Shown here: in pieces, positions 14,448-30,377 of the stretch | Layout of the letters: the number at the start of each line of letters is the position of its first letter | How positions within the stretch are numbered: the stretch's first letter is position 1 | DNA from: Escherichia coli | GTDB lineage: Bacteria > Pseudomonadota > Gammaproteobacteria > Enterobacterales > Enterobacteriaceae | Strand: one strand, 5' to 3' | Length of the DNA stretch: 64,000 bases | Assembly (NCBI RefSeq): GCF_044324875.1 | Contig: NZ_CP172185.1 | Notes under the pieces: generated by a model | What the model was told of the DNA's origin: nothing | The model's database searches: none | What the model saw: the letters and a program-made list of their open reading frames with translations, nothing else | Position numbers and translations under genes: made by a program

Positions 14448-15740
14448 ATGGATATTCCCGTTAATGCAGCAAAGCCGGGGCGTCGGCGTTATCTGACGCT
14501 GGTGATGATCTTTATTACGGTGGTCATTTGTTATGTTGACCGCGCTAACCTGGCCGTGGCTTCCGCTCATATTCAGGAAGAGTTCGGCATTACGAAAGCG
14601 GAAATGGGCTATGTATTTTCGGCCTTCGCATGGCTTTATACGTTATGCCAGATCCCCGGCGGTTGGTTTTTAGATCGCGTAGGTTCTCGCGTGACTTATT
14701 TTATTGCGATATTTGGCTGGTCAGTGGCGACTTTATTCCAGGGCTTTGCCACGGGATTAATGTCATTAATTGGTCTGCGCGCGATAACCGGTATTTTCGA
14801 AGCGCCCGCTTTCCCGACCAATAACCGGATGGTGACCAGCTGGTTCCCGGAACATGAACGCGCTTCCGCCGTTGGTTTTTATACGTCTGGTCAGTTTGTC
14901 GGTCTGGCGTTTCTGACTCCGCTGCTGATCTGGATTCAGGAAATGTTGAGCTGGCACTGGGTGTTCATTGTCACCGGTGGTATCGGCATTATCTGGTCGC
15001 TGATTTGGTTTAAGGTTTATCAGCCGCCGCGCCTGACTAAAGGCATCAGCAAAGCTGAACTGGATTACATTCGTGATGGCGGCGGTCTGGTGGATGGTGA
15101 TGCGCCGGTGAAAAAAGAGGCACGTCAGCCGTTAACAGCCAAAGACTGGAAACTGGTGTTCCATCGTAAACTGATCGGTGTCTATCTTGGGCAATTTGCG
15201 GTGGCTTCTACACTGTGGTTTTTCTTAACCTGGTTCCCGAACTATTTAACCCAGGAAAAAGGAATCACGGCGCTGAAAGCAGGCTTTATGACCACGGTGC
15301 CATTCCTCGCGGCGTTTGTCGGCGTCCTGCTCTCTGGCTGGGTCGCGGATCTGCTGGTACGTAAGGGCTTTTCACTGGGCTTTGCGCGTAAAACGCCGAT
15401 TATCTGCGGCTTGCTGATCTCCACCTGCATTATGGGCGCTAACTACACTAACGATCCGATGATGATTATGTGCCTGATGGCGCTGGCATTCTTCGGTAAC
15501 GGTTTTGCTTCGATTACCTGGTCGCTGGTTTCTTCTCTGGCACCGATGCGCCTGATTGGTTTAACCGGCGGCGTGTTTAACTTTGCCGGTGGTCTGGGCG
15601 GCATCACCGTTCCGTTGGTGGTGGGTTACCTGGCGCAGGGTTACGGTTTCGCGCCTGCACTGGTTTATATCTCCGCCGTCGCGTTGATTGGCGCGCTCTC
15701 TTACATCCTGCTGGTGGGCGATGTGAAGCGCGTTGGCTAA
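14448..15740 (+). CDS. dgoT: D-galactonate:H+ symporter, MFS (430 aa)
   Basis: Start taken at [11 protein letters not shown] (ORF track starts 15 codons upstream); 12-TM MFS-like hydrophobicity. Confidence 0.92.
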
Positions 15741-16801
15741 TCTTTCAACTGTGGAATATGCGCCACACCACTGCGCATAATCCACTTTCTTAAAGCCGGT
15801 GCGGTCAGGCATCGGCTTTTTACTATTTTGCCGAAGAGTTTTAAACGCAGTTTGCGGGTGGCGCGCCAGTAGGCGGCGTTGCTCTTCTCCGGCTGCTTCA
15901 GTAACACCGAACGCAGAATCTCTGCGCTATCCAGCGCATAGCTAATCCCCTCCAGCGAACTGGCGCTGATAAATCCCGCCGCTTCACCAATCAGAAAGGC
16001 ATTGTCCTTACCGCAGACAAAATCCTGCCAGCGTGAGGGAAACAACACGGTACATTTCTCACTTTTCACCGCTTTGCCAAACTGGAACTGAAAGGCGCTC
16101 ATTTTCTCTTTCAGCGTCGTGAAACGCGTCTGACCGTCTTTCATGGGATAGGCACCGCCAAAGATAAAATAACCGTCTTTGCTGATACTCCATGAATAAC
16201 AGTCAGTTATCGCATTATCAAAGATGCAGGAGTAGAACGGTACCGGATGTTTCTCTGCAAACCACAGCTGGATAGCGACATATTTACGAATTTGATGGTC
16301 CGGGTAGAGATGTCGCCGCACCATCGAGTTGGCACCATCGGCACCGACCAGATAGCGGGCGGTAATATGCTGCTCCCAACCGTCTGCACGAAAAATGACA
16401 TGCCATTTATCATCCTCACGCCAGATTTTTCGACACAGGCTGTCGTGGTAAACCTCAACGCTGGCGGGGATCAGCGATTTCATCCACAAGTCGAAAGCAT
16501 GGCGATTAATATTGATATAGCTTCGCTGGTAGTTACGCGTGAGCGATGCGGCGACGTCGACGGTTTTGACGCTGAAAATCTGTGGATTGGCGATCACATC
16601 GACAGGAAGCGTCAGTCCATCGCGAATAAAAGATCGCTGCGCGTCCGGTGCCAGCAGACCGCCGCAAGGTTTGCTGAAACCTTCAGTACCACACTGGTGC
16701 TTTTTATCCAGCGCGATCACCTGCATTTTGCCGGCTAACTTTCGTGCCAACGCCGACCCTGCCGGGCCGAGGCCAATAATCGCCACGTCGAAATGTTCCA
16801 T
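15737..16801 (-). CDS. cbrA: FAD-dependent oxidoreductase CbrA (354 aa)
   Basis: N-terminal FAD fold motif [15 protein letters not shown]; start taken at MEHFDV. Confidence 0.9.
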
Positions 16802-16868
16802 CTTTTCACTCACATTCATCACGATGGCGAAAGACTATTGTCTGAAAGTGAAGTCCTTGTGAAGTATG

Positions 16869-18116
16869 ATGGCGGGAACCGTTTTGTATCAGGACCGCGC
16901 CATGAAACAGATAACCTTTGCTCCCCGTAATCACCTGCTCACCAATACCAATACCTGGACGCCCGACAGCCAGTGGTTGGTATTTGACGTGCGTCCTTCA
17001 GGGGCGTCGTTTACCGGCGAGACCATTGAGCGTGTGAATATCCATACCGGCGAGGTCGAGGTTATCTATCGCGCGTCACAGGGCGCGTACGTCGGCGTGG
17101 TGACCGTTCATCCGAAGTCAGAGAAATATGTTTTCATCCACGGCCCGGAAAATCCTGATGAAACATGGTATTACGACTTCCATCATCGGCGCGGAGTGAT
17201 TGTTGAAGGCGGCAAGGTGAGCAATCTCGATCCAATGGATATTACCGCGCCGTACACCCCAGGAGCACTGCGCGGCGGCAGCCATGTGCATGTCTTTAGC
17301 CCGAACGGAGAAAGGGTGAGCTTTACCTATAACGACCATGTAATGCATCAACTCGATTCGGCGCTGGATTTGCGAAACGTCGGTGTTGCGGCACCGTTTG
17401 GCCCGGTCAACGTACAAAAGCAGCATCCGCGTGAATACAGCGGTAGCCACTGGTGCGTGCTGGTGAGTAAAACCACGCCTACGCCGCAGCCTGGCAGCGA
17501 TGAAATCAATCGTGCTTATGAAGAAGGATGGGTAGGAAATCACGCGCTGGCGTTTATTGGCGACACACTTTCGCCAAAGGGCGAGAAAGTGCCGGAGCTG
17601 TTTATCGTTGAGTTACCGCAAGATGAAGCTGGCTGGAAAGCAGCAGGTGATGCGCCGTTAGGTGGAACGGAAACAACCCTGCCCGCGCCACCGCGTGGCG
17701 TCGTGCAGCGACGTTTAACCTTTACCCACCATCGGGCTTATCCGGGGTTAGTCAACGTCCCGCGCCACTGGGTGCGCTGTAATCCGCAGGGTACGCAAAT
17801 CGCGTTTTTAATGCGTGATGATAACGGCATTGTGCAACTGTGGCTTATCTCGCCACAAGGCGGCGAGCCGCGCCAGTTAACCCATAACAAAACGGATATT
17901 CAGTCTGCATTTAACTGGCATCCGTCAGGAGAATGGTTGGGCTTTGTGCTGGATAATCGAATTGCTTGCGCCCATGCGCAAAGCGGCGAGGTTGAGTATT
18001 TAACCGAAAACCACGCCAATCCACCTTCTGCGGACGCCGTGGTCTTCTCGCCGGATGGTCAGTGGCTGGCGTGGATGGAAGGTGGCCAGCTGTGGATCAC
18101 CGAAACTGATCGCTAA
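16869..18116 (+). CDS. yidR: DUF3748 beta-propeller protein YidR
   Basis: Long ORF; start ambiguous among ATGs at 16866, 16869 and 16902 (the last has the best SD, AGGA). Confidence 0.85.
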   Translation: MAGTVLYQDRAMKQITFAPRNHLLTNTNTWTPDSQWLVFDVRPSGASFTGETIERVNIHTGEVEVIYRASQGAYVGVVTVHPKSEKYVFIHGPENPDETWYYDFHHRRGVIVEGGKVSNLDPMDITAPYTPGALRGGSHVHVFSPNGERVSFTYNDHVMHQLDSALDLRNVGVAAPFGPVNVQKQHPREYSGSHWCVLVSKTTPTPQPGSDEINRAYEEGWVGNHALAFIGDTLSPKGEKVPELFIVELPQDEAGWKAAGDAPLGGTETTLPAPPRGVVQRRLTFTHHRAYPGLVNVPRHWVRCNPQGTQIAFLMRDDNGIVQLWLISPQGGEPRQLTHNKTDIQSAFNWHPSGEWLGFVLDNRIACAHAQSGEVEYLTENHANPPSADAVVFSPDGQWLAWMEGGQLWITETDR

Positions 18117-18117
18117 A

Positions 18118-18450
18118 TCAGTTATCAGGCATTCTGGCGGGTGGAATAACCGCATTGGTGGCTTGCGCGTTGGCTTCGCTTTTTTCAACGCGCGAGCGCA
18201 CCGAGCTGTCTTTGCGGAACACGTCCCACGGCAGTAAAAGCGTGTCCATTACAGCGGTAAACGGCATATCGAGAATCGCCAGCGACTTAGTGCCCCAGTT
18301 GGTTTCATCGTCGCCAATCATGGTGGCGCTGGCGCGGGTGCCGGGATATGTTCCTTCTTTCCCCCCGGTATGGGACATCACGCTGGAGCATCCTCCAAGT
18401 AATGTCATTCCGCTGCATATCATGAACGCTAACAACACATTTCTTATCAT
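18118..18450 (-). CDS. yidQ: DUF1375 lipoprotein YidQ (110 aa)
   Basis: Signal peptide plus lipobox LLGGC; start taken at MIRNVLLAFMICSG. Confidence 0.85.
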   Translation of the reverse strand: MIRNVLLAFMICSGMTLLGGCSSVMSHTGGKEGTYPGTRASATMIGDDETNWGTKSLAILDMPFTAVMDTLLLPWDVFRKDSSVRSRVEKSEANAQATNAVIPPARMPDN

Positions 18451-18624
18451 AATAAATTCATCTGTTGATCGTGGGTGTTGGCCTGATGAGTTATAGCGAT
18501 CCCTTGCTGAAAATAACATCATCATTACGTCGCACTGTGGCGGCTATCGCACTTTAACGTTTCGTGCTGCCCCCTCAGTCTATGCAATAGACCATAAACT
18601 GCAAAAAAAAGTCCGCTGATAAGG

Positions 18625-18654
18625 CTTGAAAAGTTCATTTCCAGACCCATTTTT
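18625..18654 (+). promoter_or_regulatory. sigma32 heat-shock promoter of ibpA
   Basis: CTTGAAA (-35), 14-bp spacer, CCCATTTT (-10), matching the sigma32 consensus CTTGAAA/CCCCATnT. Confidence 0.65.
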
Positions 18655-18659
18655 ACATC

Positions 18660-18755
18660 GTAGCCGATGAGGACGCGCCTGATGGGTGTTCTGGCTACCT
18701 GACCTGTCCATTGTGGAAGGTCTTACATTCTCGCTGATTTCAGGAGCTATTGATT
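18660..18755 (+). promoter_or_regulatory. ibpA 5' UTR (ROSE-like RNA thermometer)
   Basis: Long leader between the sigma32 promoter and the ibpA SD; known thermosensor location. Structure not verified by folding. Confidence 0.4.
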
Positions 18756-19169
18756 ATGCGTAACTTTGATTTATCCCCGCTTTACCGTTCTGCTATTGGA
18801 TTTGACCGTTTGTTTAACCACTTAGAAAACAACCAGAGCCAGAGTAATGGCGGCTACCCTCCGTATAACGTTGAACTGGTAGACGAAAACCATTACCGCA
18901 TTGCTATCGCTGTGGCTGGTTTTGCTGAGAGCGAACTGGAAATTACCGCCCAGGATAATCTGCTGGTGGTGAAAGGTGCTCACGCCGACGAACAAAAAGA
19001 GCGCACCTATCTGTACCAGGGCATCGCTGAACGCAACTTTGAACGCAAATTCCAGTTAGCTGAGAACATTCATGTTCGTGGCGCTAACCTGGTAAATGGC
19101 TTGCTGTATATCGATCTCGAACGCGTGATTCCGGAAGCGAAAAAACCGCGCCGTATCGAAATCAACTAA
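18756..19169 (+). CDS. ibpA: Small heat-shock protein IbpA (137 aa)
   Basis: Translation [27 protein letters not shown]...; alpha-crystallin domain. Confidence 0.96.
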
Positions 19170-19280
19170 TTCCCTAAGGCCGCCTGGCGCGGCCTGACAT
19201 CTCCATGCTCGCCGTCAGGGAGCATATGCGAATCTTCGGATTTGCAGGTACTTACTCGCTTCTTAGAAGGAGAAATGACT

Positions 19281-19709
19281 ATGCGTAACTTCGATTTATC
19301 CCCACTGATGCGTCAATGGATCGGTTTTGACAAACTGGCCAACGCACTGCAAAACGCCGGTGAAAGCCAGAGCTTCCCGCCGTACAACATTGAGAAAAGC
19401 GACGATAACCACTACCGCATTACCCTTGCGCTGGCAGGTTTTCGTCAGGAAGATTTAGAGATTCAACTGGAAGGTACGCGCCTGAGCGTAAAAGGCACGC
19501 CGGAGCAGCCAAAAGAAGAGAAAAAATGGCTGCATCAAGGGCTTATGAATCAGCCATTTAGCCTGAGCTTTACGCTGGCTGAAAATATGGAAGTCTCTGG
19601 TGCAACCTTCGTAAACGGTTTACTGCATATTGATTTAATTCGTAATGAGCCTGAACCCATCGCAGCGCAGCGTATCGCTATCAGCGAACGTCCCGCGTTA
19701 AATAGCTAA
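19281..19709 (+). CDS. ibpB: Small heat-shock protein IbpB (142 aa)
   Basis: Translation [24 protein letters not shown]...; paralog of ibpA. Confidence 0.96.
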
Positions 19710-19724
19710 CTAGCTATTCTCTTT

Positions 19725-19752
19725 GCCCCGCCATTCTGGTGGGGCTTTTTTT
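19725..19752 (+). terminator. Rho-independent terminator of ibpAB
   Basis: GCCCCGCC-loop-GGTGGGGC followed by TTTTTTT. Confidence 0.7.
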
Positions 19753-19904
19753 GTCTTTCTTCTTCAACAATGCGTTAAATTTCGCCTGTTTAAGATATTT
19801 CGGCACGTTCTTTCCCGTGATAATGTGCGCTATAAGGCAAATCTGCTTCACCGATTCAGCCATAATCCGTAGCAATTAAAATGTTATCTCAAGAGAAATG
19901 GACG

Positions 19905-21566
19905 ATGAGTGATATAGCATTAACGGTCAGTATTCTGGCTTTGGTGGCAGTCGTCGGTTTGTTTATCGGCAACGTCAAATTTCGCGGCATAGGATTAGGT
20001 ATTGGCGGCGTGCTGTTTGGTGGGATCATCGTCGGCCATTTTGTTTCTCAGGCGGGGATGACATTAAGTAGCGATATGCTGCATGTTATTCAGGAATTTG
20101 GCCTGATCCTGTTCGTTTATACCATCGGGATTCAGGTAGGGCCGGGCTTCTTTGCCTCATTGCGCGTCTCCGGATTACGCCTCAACCTGTTTGCTGTTCT
20201 GATCGTCATCATCGGGGGTCTGGTTACCGCCATCCTGCATAAACTGTTTGATATTCCACTGCCGGTAGTGCTGGGGATTTTCTCCGGTGCGGTAACCAAT
20301 ACGCCAGCGCTGGGGGCAGGGCAGCAGATCTTGCGCGACCTGGGTACACCAATGGAAATGGTCGATCAGATGGGGATGAGTTACGCGATGGCGTATCCAT
20401 TCGGCATTTGCGGGATTTTGTTCACCATGTGGATGTTGCGGGTTATTTTCCGCGTCAATGTCGAGACAGAAGCCCAGCAGCACGAGTCTTCTCGCACCAA
20501 TGGCGGCGCGCTGATCAGGACTATCAATATTCGCGTTGAGAACCCTAACCTGCATGATTTAGCCATTAAAGATGTGCCGATTCTCAACGGCGACAAAATT
20601 ATCTGCTCGCGTCTGAAACGCGAAGAAACCCTAAAAGTACCTTCGCCAGATACCATTATCCAACTGGGCGATTTGCTGCATCTGGTGGGGCAGCCAGCGG
20701 ATTTACATAATGCGCAACTGGTGATTGGTCAGGAGGTCGATACCTCGCTGTCCACGAAAGGCACTGATTTACGCGTCGAGCGTGTGGTGGTCACCAATGA
20801 AAACGTGCTTGGTAAGCGTATTCGCGACCTGCACTTTAAAGAACGCTATGACGTTGTTATCTCGCGCCTGAACCGTGCCGGGGTCGAACTGGTCGCCAGT
20901 GGCGATATCAGCCTGCAGTTCGGCGATATCCTCAACCTGGTGGGGCGTCCGTCCGCAATTGATGCCGTTGCCAATGTGCTGGGGAATGCGCAGCAAAAAC
21001 TGCAACAGGTTCAGATGCTGCCGGTGTTTATTGGTATCGGGCTTGGCGTATTGTTAGGTTCTATTCCCGTCTTTGTGCCGGGATTCCCGGCCGCGTTGAA
21101 ACTGGGGCTGGCGGGCGGTCCGCTGATTATGGCGTTGATCCTCGGGCGTATCGGCAGTATCGGCAAGCTGTACTGGTTTATGCCGCCAAGCGCCAACCTC
21201 GCGCTGCGGGAGCTGGGGATCGTGCTGTTCCTCTCGGTAGTGGGGCTGAAATCTGGTGGGGATTTTGTGAATACCCTGGTCAATGGCGAAGGGCTAAGCT
21301 GGATTGGTTATGGGGCCCTGATCACCGCCGTTCCGCTGATTACTGTTGGTATTCTGGCGCGGATGTTAGCCAAAATGAATTACCTGACCATGTGCGGGAT
21401 GCTGGCTGGCTCCATGACCGATCCACCGGCGCTGGCATTTGCTAATAATCTTCATCCAACGAGCGGTGCGGCGGCGCTTTCTTACGCCACTGTCTATCCG
21501 TTAGTGATGTTCCTGCGCATTATCACCCCCCAATTACTGGCGGTGCTCTTCTGGAGTATCGGTTAA
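19905..21566 (+). CDS. yidE: AAE-family (YidE/YbjL) duplicated-domain transporter (553 aa)
   Basis: Two membrane domains separated by TrkA_C-like segments; start taken at [14 protein letters not shown]. Confidence 0.92.
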
Positions 21567-22279
21567 CTCTTTTCCGGGTGGAGTCGCCGTAAATGGTACT
21601 CCACCTGGTATTCGTTGGCATTTCTGAACATTACTGAATAATTCAAAAACTCCCCGCTCTCGCTATATGACAACGAGGTGATCCGCAGCAGTGGCGTGTG
21701 TTCCGCTACCTTCATTTGCCGCGCCAGCAGTCTATCGGCGAGCACCGGCGTCAGGCTTTCATAATTACCGCCAATCAGAATCCCGCACTCTTGTTCAATA
21801 TATTCAAACTTCGACCCTTCCAGATGTTGCAGCGAAAGGTTACGGAACAGTTTTACCGGCATATAGCTGTCTTCCAGCATCAGCGGTTTCCCTTCCACAA
21901 AACGAACGCGACGGGAGAAGTAGATCTGCTCGTTGATTTGAATCCGTAACTGGCTGGCAATGGCCGGAGGCGCAGGCATGATTTCAAAAATCAGCACCTG
22001 GCTGGTGACCGTTTTTCCCTGGCGTTTTAACACCTCCACCAGCCCGGTCAGACTGGCGGTTTGATGCAGTACATCTTTGCGCACCAGGTAAGTGCCGCTA
22101 CCGTGGCGGCGGACCACCAGCCCCCACGCTACCAGCAGGTCAATGGCTTTACGGATGGTCATCCGCGATACCGCAAATTCTTCCGCCAACTTTTTTTCAC
22201 CGGGAAGAAGGCTGTTTAGCGTGAAATCCGCGGAGTTAAGTCGAATTCTTAACCGCTCCGCAATGCTTTTGTAGATCAT
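21563..22279 (-). CDS. yidP: GntR/HutC-family transcriptional regulator (238 aa)
   Basis: N-terminal GntR HTH ([20 protein letters not shown]) plus UTRA-like C-terminus. Confidence 0.92.
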
Positions 22280-22573
22280 CTCTAGATCTCTTTTTTGCCT
22301 GCAAGCCCGGGTAATGCGCCCACAAGTTCTGCTTAATCGATTGAAAAAAATCTTTTTTTTAAAGATGTGTTCGATGCTGTGTACCAGTGCTCACAGATGT
22401 CTACTTTTTCGCGAAAACGTAGATCTCTACCGCCCAACGAAAAGCATGAAAGCGATCACGAATCCCATTGGGTCGTCATGTTCTGCCGATCGCATCTTCC
22501 TATCCTCGCTCCAGGCCTGCCGCATAACCAATCAGGCTTCCTACTTACAGAATTGAGAAAAGAGGATGTGGAA

Positions 22574-26402
<3,829 letters not shown>

Positions 26403-26568
26403 TTTAATATCCCTCCGGCGAATTATGCTCACAACCTGAACTTAACAGAAAACAATCCGTTCAGGGATACGATGTTTGTATTTTAAGAATCTGACTGCCT
26501 GACCCGACGCATTTTACCTCTCCCTATATTCATGCGTCCGGGACATAAACATAAATAAGGGCTATGAG

Positions 26569-28284
26569 ATGAATTCGTTACAAATCTTGAGTTTTGTCGG
26601 TTTTACGCTGCTGGTGGCGATCATCACCTGGTGGAAGGTTCGCAAAACAGATACCGGATCGCAACAAGGCTATTTTCTTGCCGGACGTTCACTAAAAGCG
26701 CCGGTTATTGCCGCTTCGTTAATGTTAACCAACCTTTCCACGGAACAACTGGTTGGACTTTCCGGGCAGGCCTACAAAAGCGGCATGTCGGTGATGGGCT
26801 GGGAAGTGACTTCAGCGGTGACGCTGATCTTCCTCGCGCTAATCTTTTTACCGCGCTATCTGAAGCGCGGCATTGCCACCATCCCCGATTTTCTGGAGGA
26901 ACGTTATGATAAAACGACGCGTATTATCATCGACTTCTGCTTCCTCATTGCCACCGGTGTCTGCTTTCTGCCGATTGTTCTCTACTCCGGCGCGTTGGCG
27001 CTCAACAGCCTGTTTCACGTCGGGGAATCGTTACAAATTTCCCACGGCGCAGCGATCTGGCTACTGGTTATTTTGCTTGGTATGGCGGGAATTTTGTATG
27101 CGGTGATCGGCGGACTGCGCGCAATGGCAGTGGCAGACTCCATTAACGGTATTGGGCTGGTTATTGGCGGGTTGATGGTGCCGATATTTGGCCTGATCGC
27201 GATGGGCAAGGGCAGCTTTATGCAGGGCATTGAGCAACTCACCACCGTTCACGCCGAGAAATTAAACTCAGTCGGCGGCCCGACCGATCCCTTGCCGATT
27301 GGCGCGGCATTTACCGGTTTGATTCTGGTGAACACCTTTTACTGGTGTACAAATCAGGGCATCGTGCAACGCACACTGGCGTCAAAAAGCCTGACGGAAG
27401 GGCAAAAGGGGGCGCTGTTAACGGCGGTGCTGAAAATGCTCGACCCGCTGGTACTGGTGCTGCCAGGGTTGATTGCGTTTCATCTGTATCAGGATTTACC
27501 TAAAGCCGACATGGCCTACCCGACGCTGGTCAATAACGTTCTGCCAGTGCCACTGGTGGGTTTCTTCGGCGCGGTGTTATTTGGTGCGGTGATCAGTACC
27601 TTCAACGGCTTTCTGAATAGCGCCAGTACGTTATTCAGTATGGGTATTTACCGTCGCATCATTAACCAGAATGCCGAGCCGCAACAGCTGGTCACCGTCG
27701 GGCGCAAATTTGGTTTCTTTATCGCTATCGTTTCGGTGCTGGTAGCGCCGTGGATCGCCAACGCGCCGCAGGGGCTGTATAGCTGGATGAAACAGCTCAA
27801 CGGTATTTACAACGTGCCGCTGGTTACCATCATCATTATGGGCTTTTTCTTCCCGCGCATCCCGGCGCTGGCGGCAAAAGTGGCGATGGGGATTGGCATA
27901 ATCAGCTACATCACCATCAACTATCTGGTGAAGTTCGACTTCCATTTCCTCTATGTGCTGGCCTGTACCTTCTGTATCAACGTGGTAGTGATGCTGGTGA
28001 TCGGTTTTATCAAACCGCGCGCCACGCCGTTCACCTTCAAAGATGCGTTTGCGGTGGACATGAAACCGTGGAAAAACGTCAAGATCGCGTCAATGGGTAT
28101 CCTGTTCGCGATGATTGGCGTCTATGCCGGGCTGGCTGAATTCGGCGGCTACGGTACGCGCTGGTTAGCGATGATCAGTTATTTCATCGCTGCCGTAGTG
28201 ATTGTCTACCTGATTTTTGACAGCTGGCGGCATCGTCACGACCCAGCCGTAACCTTTACTCCCGACGCGAAGGATAGCCTATGA
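26569..28284 (+). CDS. yidK: Sodium:solute symporter family transporter (571 aa)
   Basis: SSS-family multi-TM protein. Confidence 0.93.
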   Translation: MNSLQILSFVGFTLLVAIITWWKVRKTDTGSQQGYFLAGRSLKAPVIAASLMLTNLSTEQLVGLSGQAYKSGMSVMGWEVTSAVTLIFLALIFLPRYLKRGIATIPDFLEERYDKTTRIIIDFCFLIATGVCFLPIVLYSGALALNSLFHVGESLQISHGAAIWLLVILLGMAGILYAVIGGLRAMAVADSINGIGLVIGGLMVPIFGLIAMGKGSFMQGIEQLTTVHAEKLNSVGGPTDPLPIGAAFTGLILVNTFYWCTNQGIVQRTLASKSLTEGQKGALLTAVLKMLDPLVLVLPGLIAFHLYQDLPKADMAYPTLVNNVLPVPLVGFFGAVLFGAVISTFNGFLNSASTLFSMGIYRRIINQNAEPQQLVTVGRKFGFFIAIVSVLVAPWIANAPQGLYSWMKQLNGIYNVPLVTIIIMGFFFPRIPALAAKVAMGIGIISYITINYLVKFDFHFLYVLACTFCINVVVMLVIGFIKPRATPFTFKDAFAVDMKPWKNVKIASMGILFAMIGVYAGLAEFGGYGTRWLAMISYFIAAVVIVYLIFDSWRHRHDPAVTFTPDAKDSL

Positions 28285-29774
28285 AACGCCCCAATTTTCT
28301 GTTCATCATGACCGATACCCAGGCCACCAATATGGTCGGTTGCTATAGCGGTAAACCGCTGAATACGCAAAATATTGATAGTCTGGCGGCGGAAGGTATT
28401 CGCTTTAATTCCGCCTACACTTGTTCACCGGTTTGTACACCAGCGCGCGCCGGGCTGTTTACCGGTATCTACGCTAACCAGTCCGGCCCGTGGACCAACA
28501 ACATCGCGCCAGGCAAAAACATTTCCACCATGGGGCGCTACTTTAAGGATGCGGGCTATCACACCTGTTACATTGGCAAATGGCATCTCGACGGTCATGA
28601 CTATTTCGGCACTGGCGAGTGTCCGCCGGAGTGGGACGCTGATTACTGGTTCGATGGGGCGAACTACCTTAGCGAACTGACGGAAAAAGAGATCAGCCTG
28701 TGGCGCAATGGCCTAAACAGCGTTGAGGATTTACAGGCGAACCATATCGACGAAACCTTCACCTGGGCGCACCGCATCAGCAATCGGGCGGTAGATTTTC
28801 TGCAACAGCCCGCGCGTGCCGAGGACCCCTTCCTGATGGTGGTTTCGTATGATGAGCCGCATCACCCGTTCACCTGTCCGGTGGAGTATTTAGAGAAATA
28901 CGCTGATTTTTACTACGAACTTGGCGAGAAATCACAGGATGACCTGGCGAAAAAACCGGAACATCACCGCTTATGGGCGCAGGCGATGCCATCGCCAGTA
29001 GGTGATGACGGGCTTTATCACCATCCGCTCTATTTTGCCTGCAATGACTTTGTTGATGACCAAATCGGACGGGTCATCAATGCCTTAACGCCAGAGCAAC
29101 GTGAAAATACGTGGGTCATTTATACCTCCGATCACGGTGAAATGATGGGTGCACATAAGCTGATCAGTAAAGGAGCGGCGATGTATGACGACATCACCCG
29201 TATTCCGCTGATCATCCGTTCGCCGCAAGGGGAGCGGCGACAGGTCGATACGCCAGTCAGTCATATCGATTTACTGCCGACAATGATGGCGCTGGCAGAT
29301 ATTGAAAAACCAGAGATTCTGCTGGGGGAAAATATCCTTGCAGTGAAAGAGCCACGCGGCGTAATGGTGGAATTTAACCGCTACGAGATTGAGCATGACA
29401 GCTTTGGCGGTTTTATTCCGGTGCGTTGCTGGGTGACGGATGACTTTAAACTGGTGCTCAACCTCTTCACCAGTGATGAACTTTACGATCGCCGTAATGA
29501 TTCAAATGAAATGCATAACCTGATAGATGATATCCGTTTTGCCGACGTGCGCAGCAAAATGCATAACGCCTTATTGGATTACATGGACAAAATTCGTGAT
29601 CCGTTCCGCAGTTATCAATGGAGCCTGCGTCCGTGGCGTAAAGATGCACAGCCGCGCTGGATGGGGGCATTTCGTCCACGCCCACAAGATGGCTATTCGC
29701 CAGTGGTACGCGACTATGACACCGGCCTACCGACGCAAGGAGTGAAGGTGGAGGAGAAAAAACAGAAGTTCTGA
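28281..29774 (+). CDS. yidJ: Sulfatase-family protein (497 aa)
   Basis: Sulfatase active-site motif CSPVCTPARAGLFTG (Cys/FGly signature). Confidence 0.93.
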   Translation: MKRPNFLFIMTDTQATNMVGCYSGKPLNTQNIDSLAAEGIRFNSAYTCSPVCTPARAGLFTGIYANQSGPWTNNIAPGKNISTMGRYFKDAGYHTCYIGKWHLDGHDYFGTGECPPEWDADYWFDGANYLSELTEKEISLWRNGLNSVEDLQANHIDETFTWAHRISNRAVDFLQQPARAEDPFLMVVSYDEPHHPFTCPVEYLEKYADFYYELGEKSQDDLAKKPEHHRLWAQAMPSPVGDDGLYHHPLYFACNDFVDDQIGRVINALTPEQRENTWVIYTSDHGEMMGAHKLISKGAAMYDDITRIPLIIRSPQGERRQVDTPVSHIDLLPTMMALADIEKPEILLGENILAVKEPRGVMVEFNRYEIEHDSFGGFIPVRCWVTDDFKLVLNLFTSDELYDRRNDSNEMHNLIDDIRFADVRSKMHNALLDYMDKIRDPFRSYQWSLRPWRKDAQPRWMGAFRPRPQDGYSPVVRDYDTGLPTQGVKVEEKKQKF

Positions 29775-29778
29775 CGAT

Positions 29779-29810
29779 AATGCCCGCTGATGATCACCCG
29801 GCGGGCATTA
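29779..29810. terminator. Bidirectional hairpin between convergent yidJ and yidI
   Basis: AATGCCCGC...GCGGGCATT inverted repeat. Confidence 0.6.
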
Positions 29811-29820
29811 TTCAGGCTGC

Positions 29821-30270
29821 TTAAACCAGTGAACCGCCGGTCAGGAAGGAAAAGATAAGGAATATCAGCAAAATGCTGCACACGATGCCGATACCAAAAA
29901 GCAAGGTATGGAAAGCCAGCGTCCCGCCGCCAAAAACCAGCGCGCCGTGAATGCCCCAGCGATTTTCCTTACGCATACCGCCAATAAATGCGCAAAGTAG
30001 CGCAGCAATGGCCAGTGCGATACCGCTTTGATCGAGGATTTTATCGACATCCACGTCCTCTTTTTTCTCCACGGTGGTAATTTTTTCGCCTTTTATTCCG
30101 GCGAGAAGACCTCTTTTAATTTCAGCCGTTTTGTCCGCCACGATGCTTTCAAGCGTTGGCGGTGGTGCGGAAAAAGGGCCGAATGAAAAGTGGATAATCC
30201 CCATCATTAAAGCGATGGCACCGAACAGCATGCCCAATGAACTGATTTTATTTTGCGCTATGATACCCAT
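29821..30270 (-). CDS. yidI: Inner membrane protein YidI (149 aa)
   Basis: Start taken at MGIIAQNKISSLG; hydrophobic. Confidence 0.85.
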   Translation of the reverse strand: MGIIAQNKISSLGMLFGAIALMMGIIHFSFGPFSAPPPTLESIVADKTAEIKRGLLAGIKGEKITTVEKKEDVDVDKILDQSGIALAIAALLCAFIGGMRKENRWGIHGALVFGGGTLAFHTLLFGIGIVCSILLIFLIFSFLTGGSLV

Positions 30271-30377
30271 CTGACCTCCTTGTAGCGGATGGCAAAAGCA
30301 TATCAGGAAACGGGCGGACGAAATTCTTAAAAAAACCGCTAAAGGTAGAGCGTTAGTGAAATTGCAAAGGAGCAACA

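Noticed and set aside
22367-22573. 69-codon N-terminal extension of the PTS EIICB ORF
   Set aside because: No SD at 22367 and the extension is hydrophilic and unrelated to PTS proteins; the ATG at 22574 is followed directly by the first TM segment.
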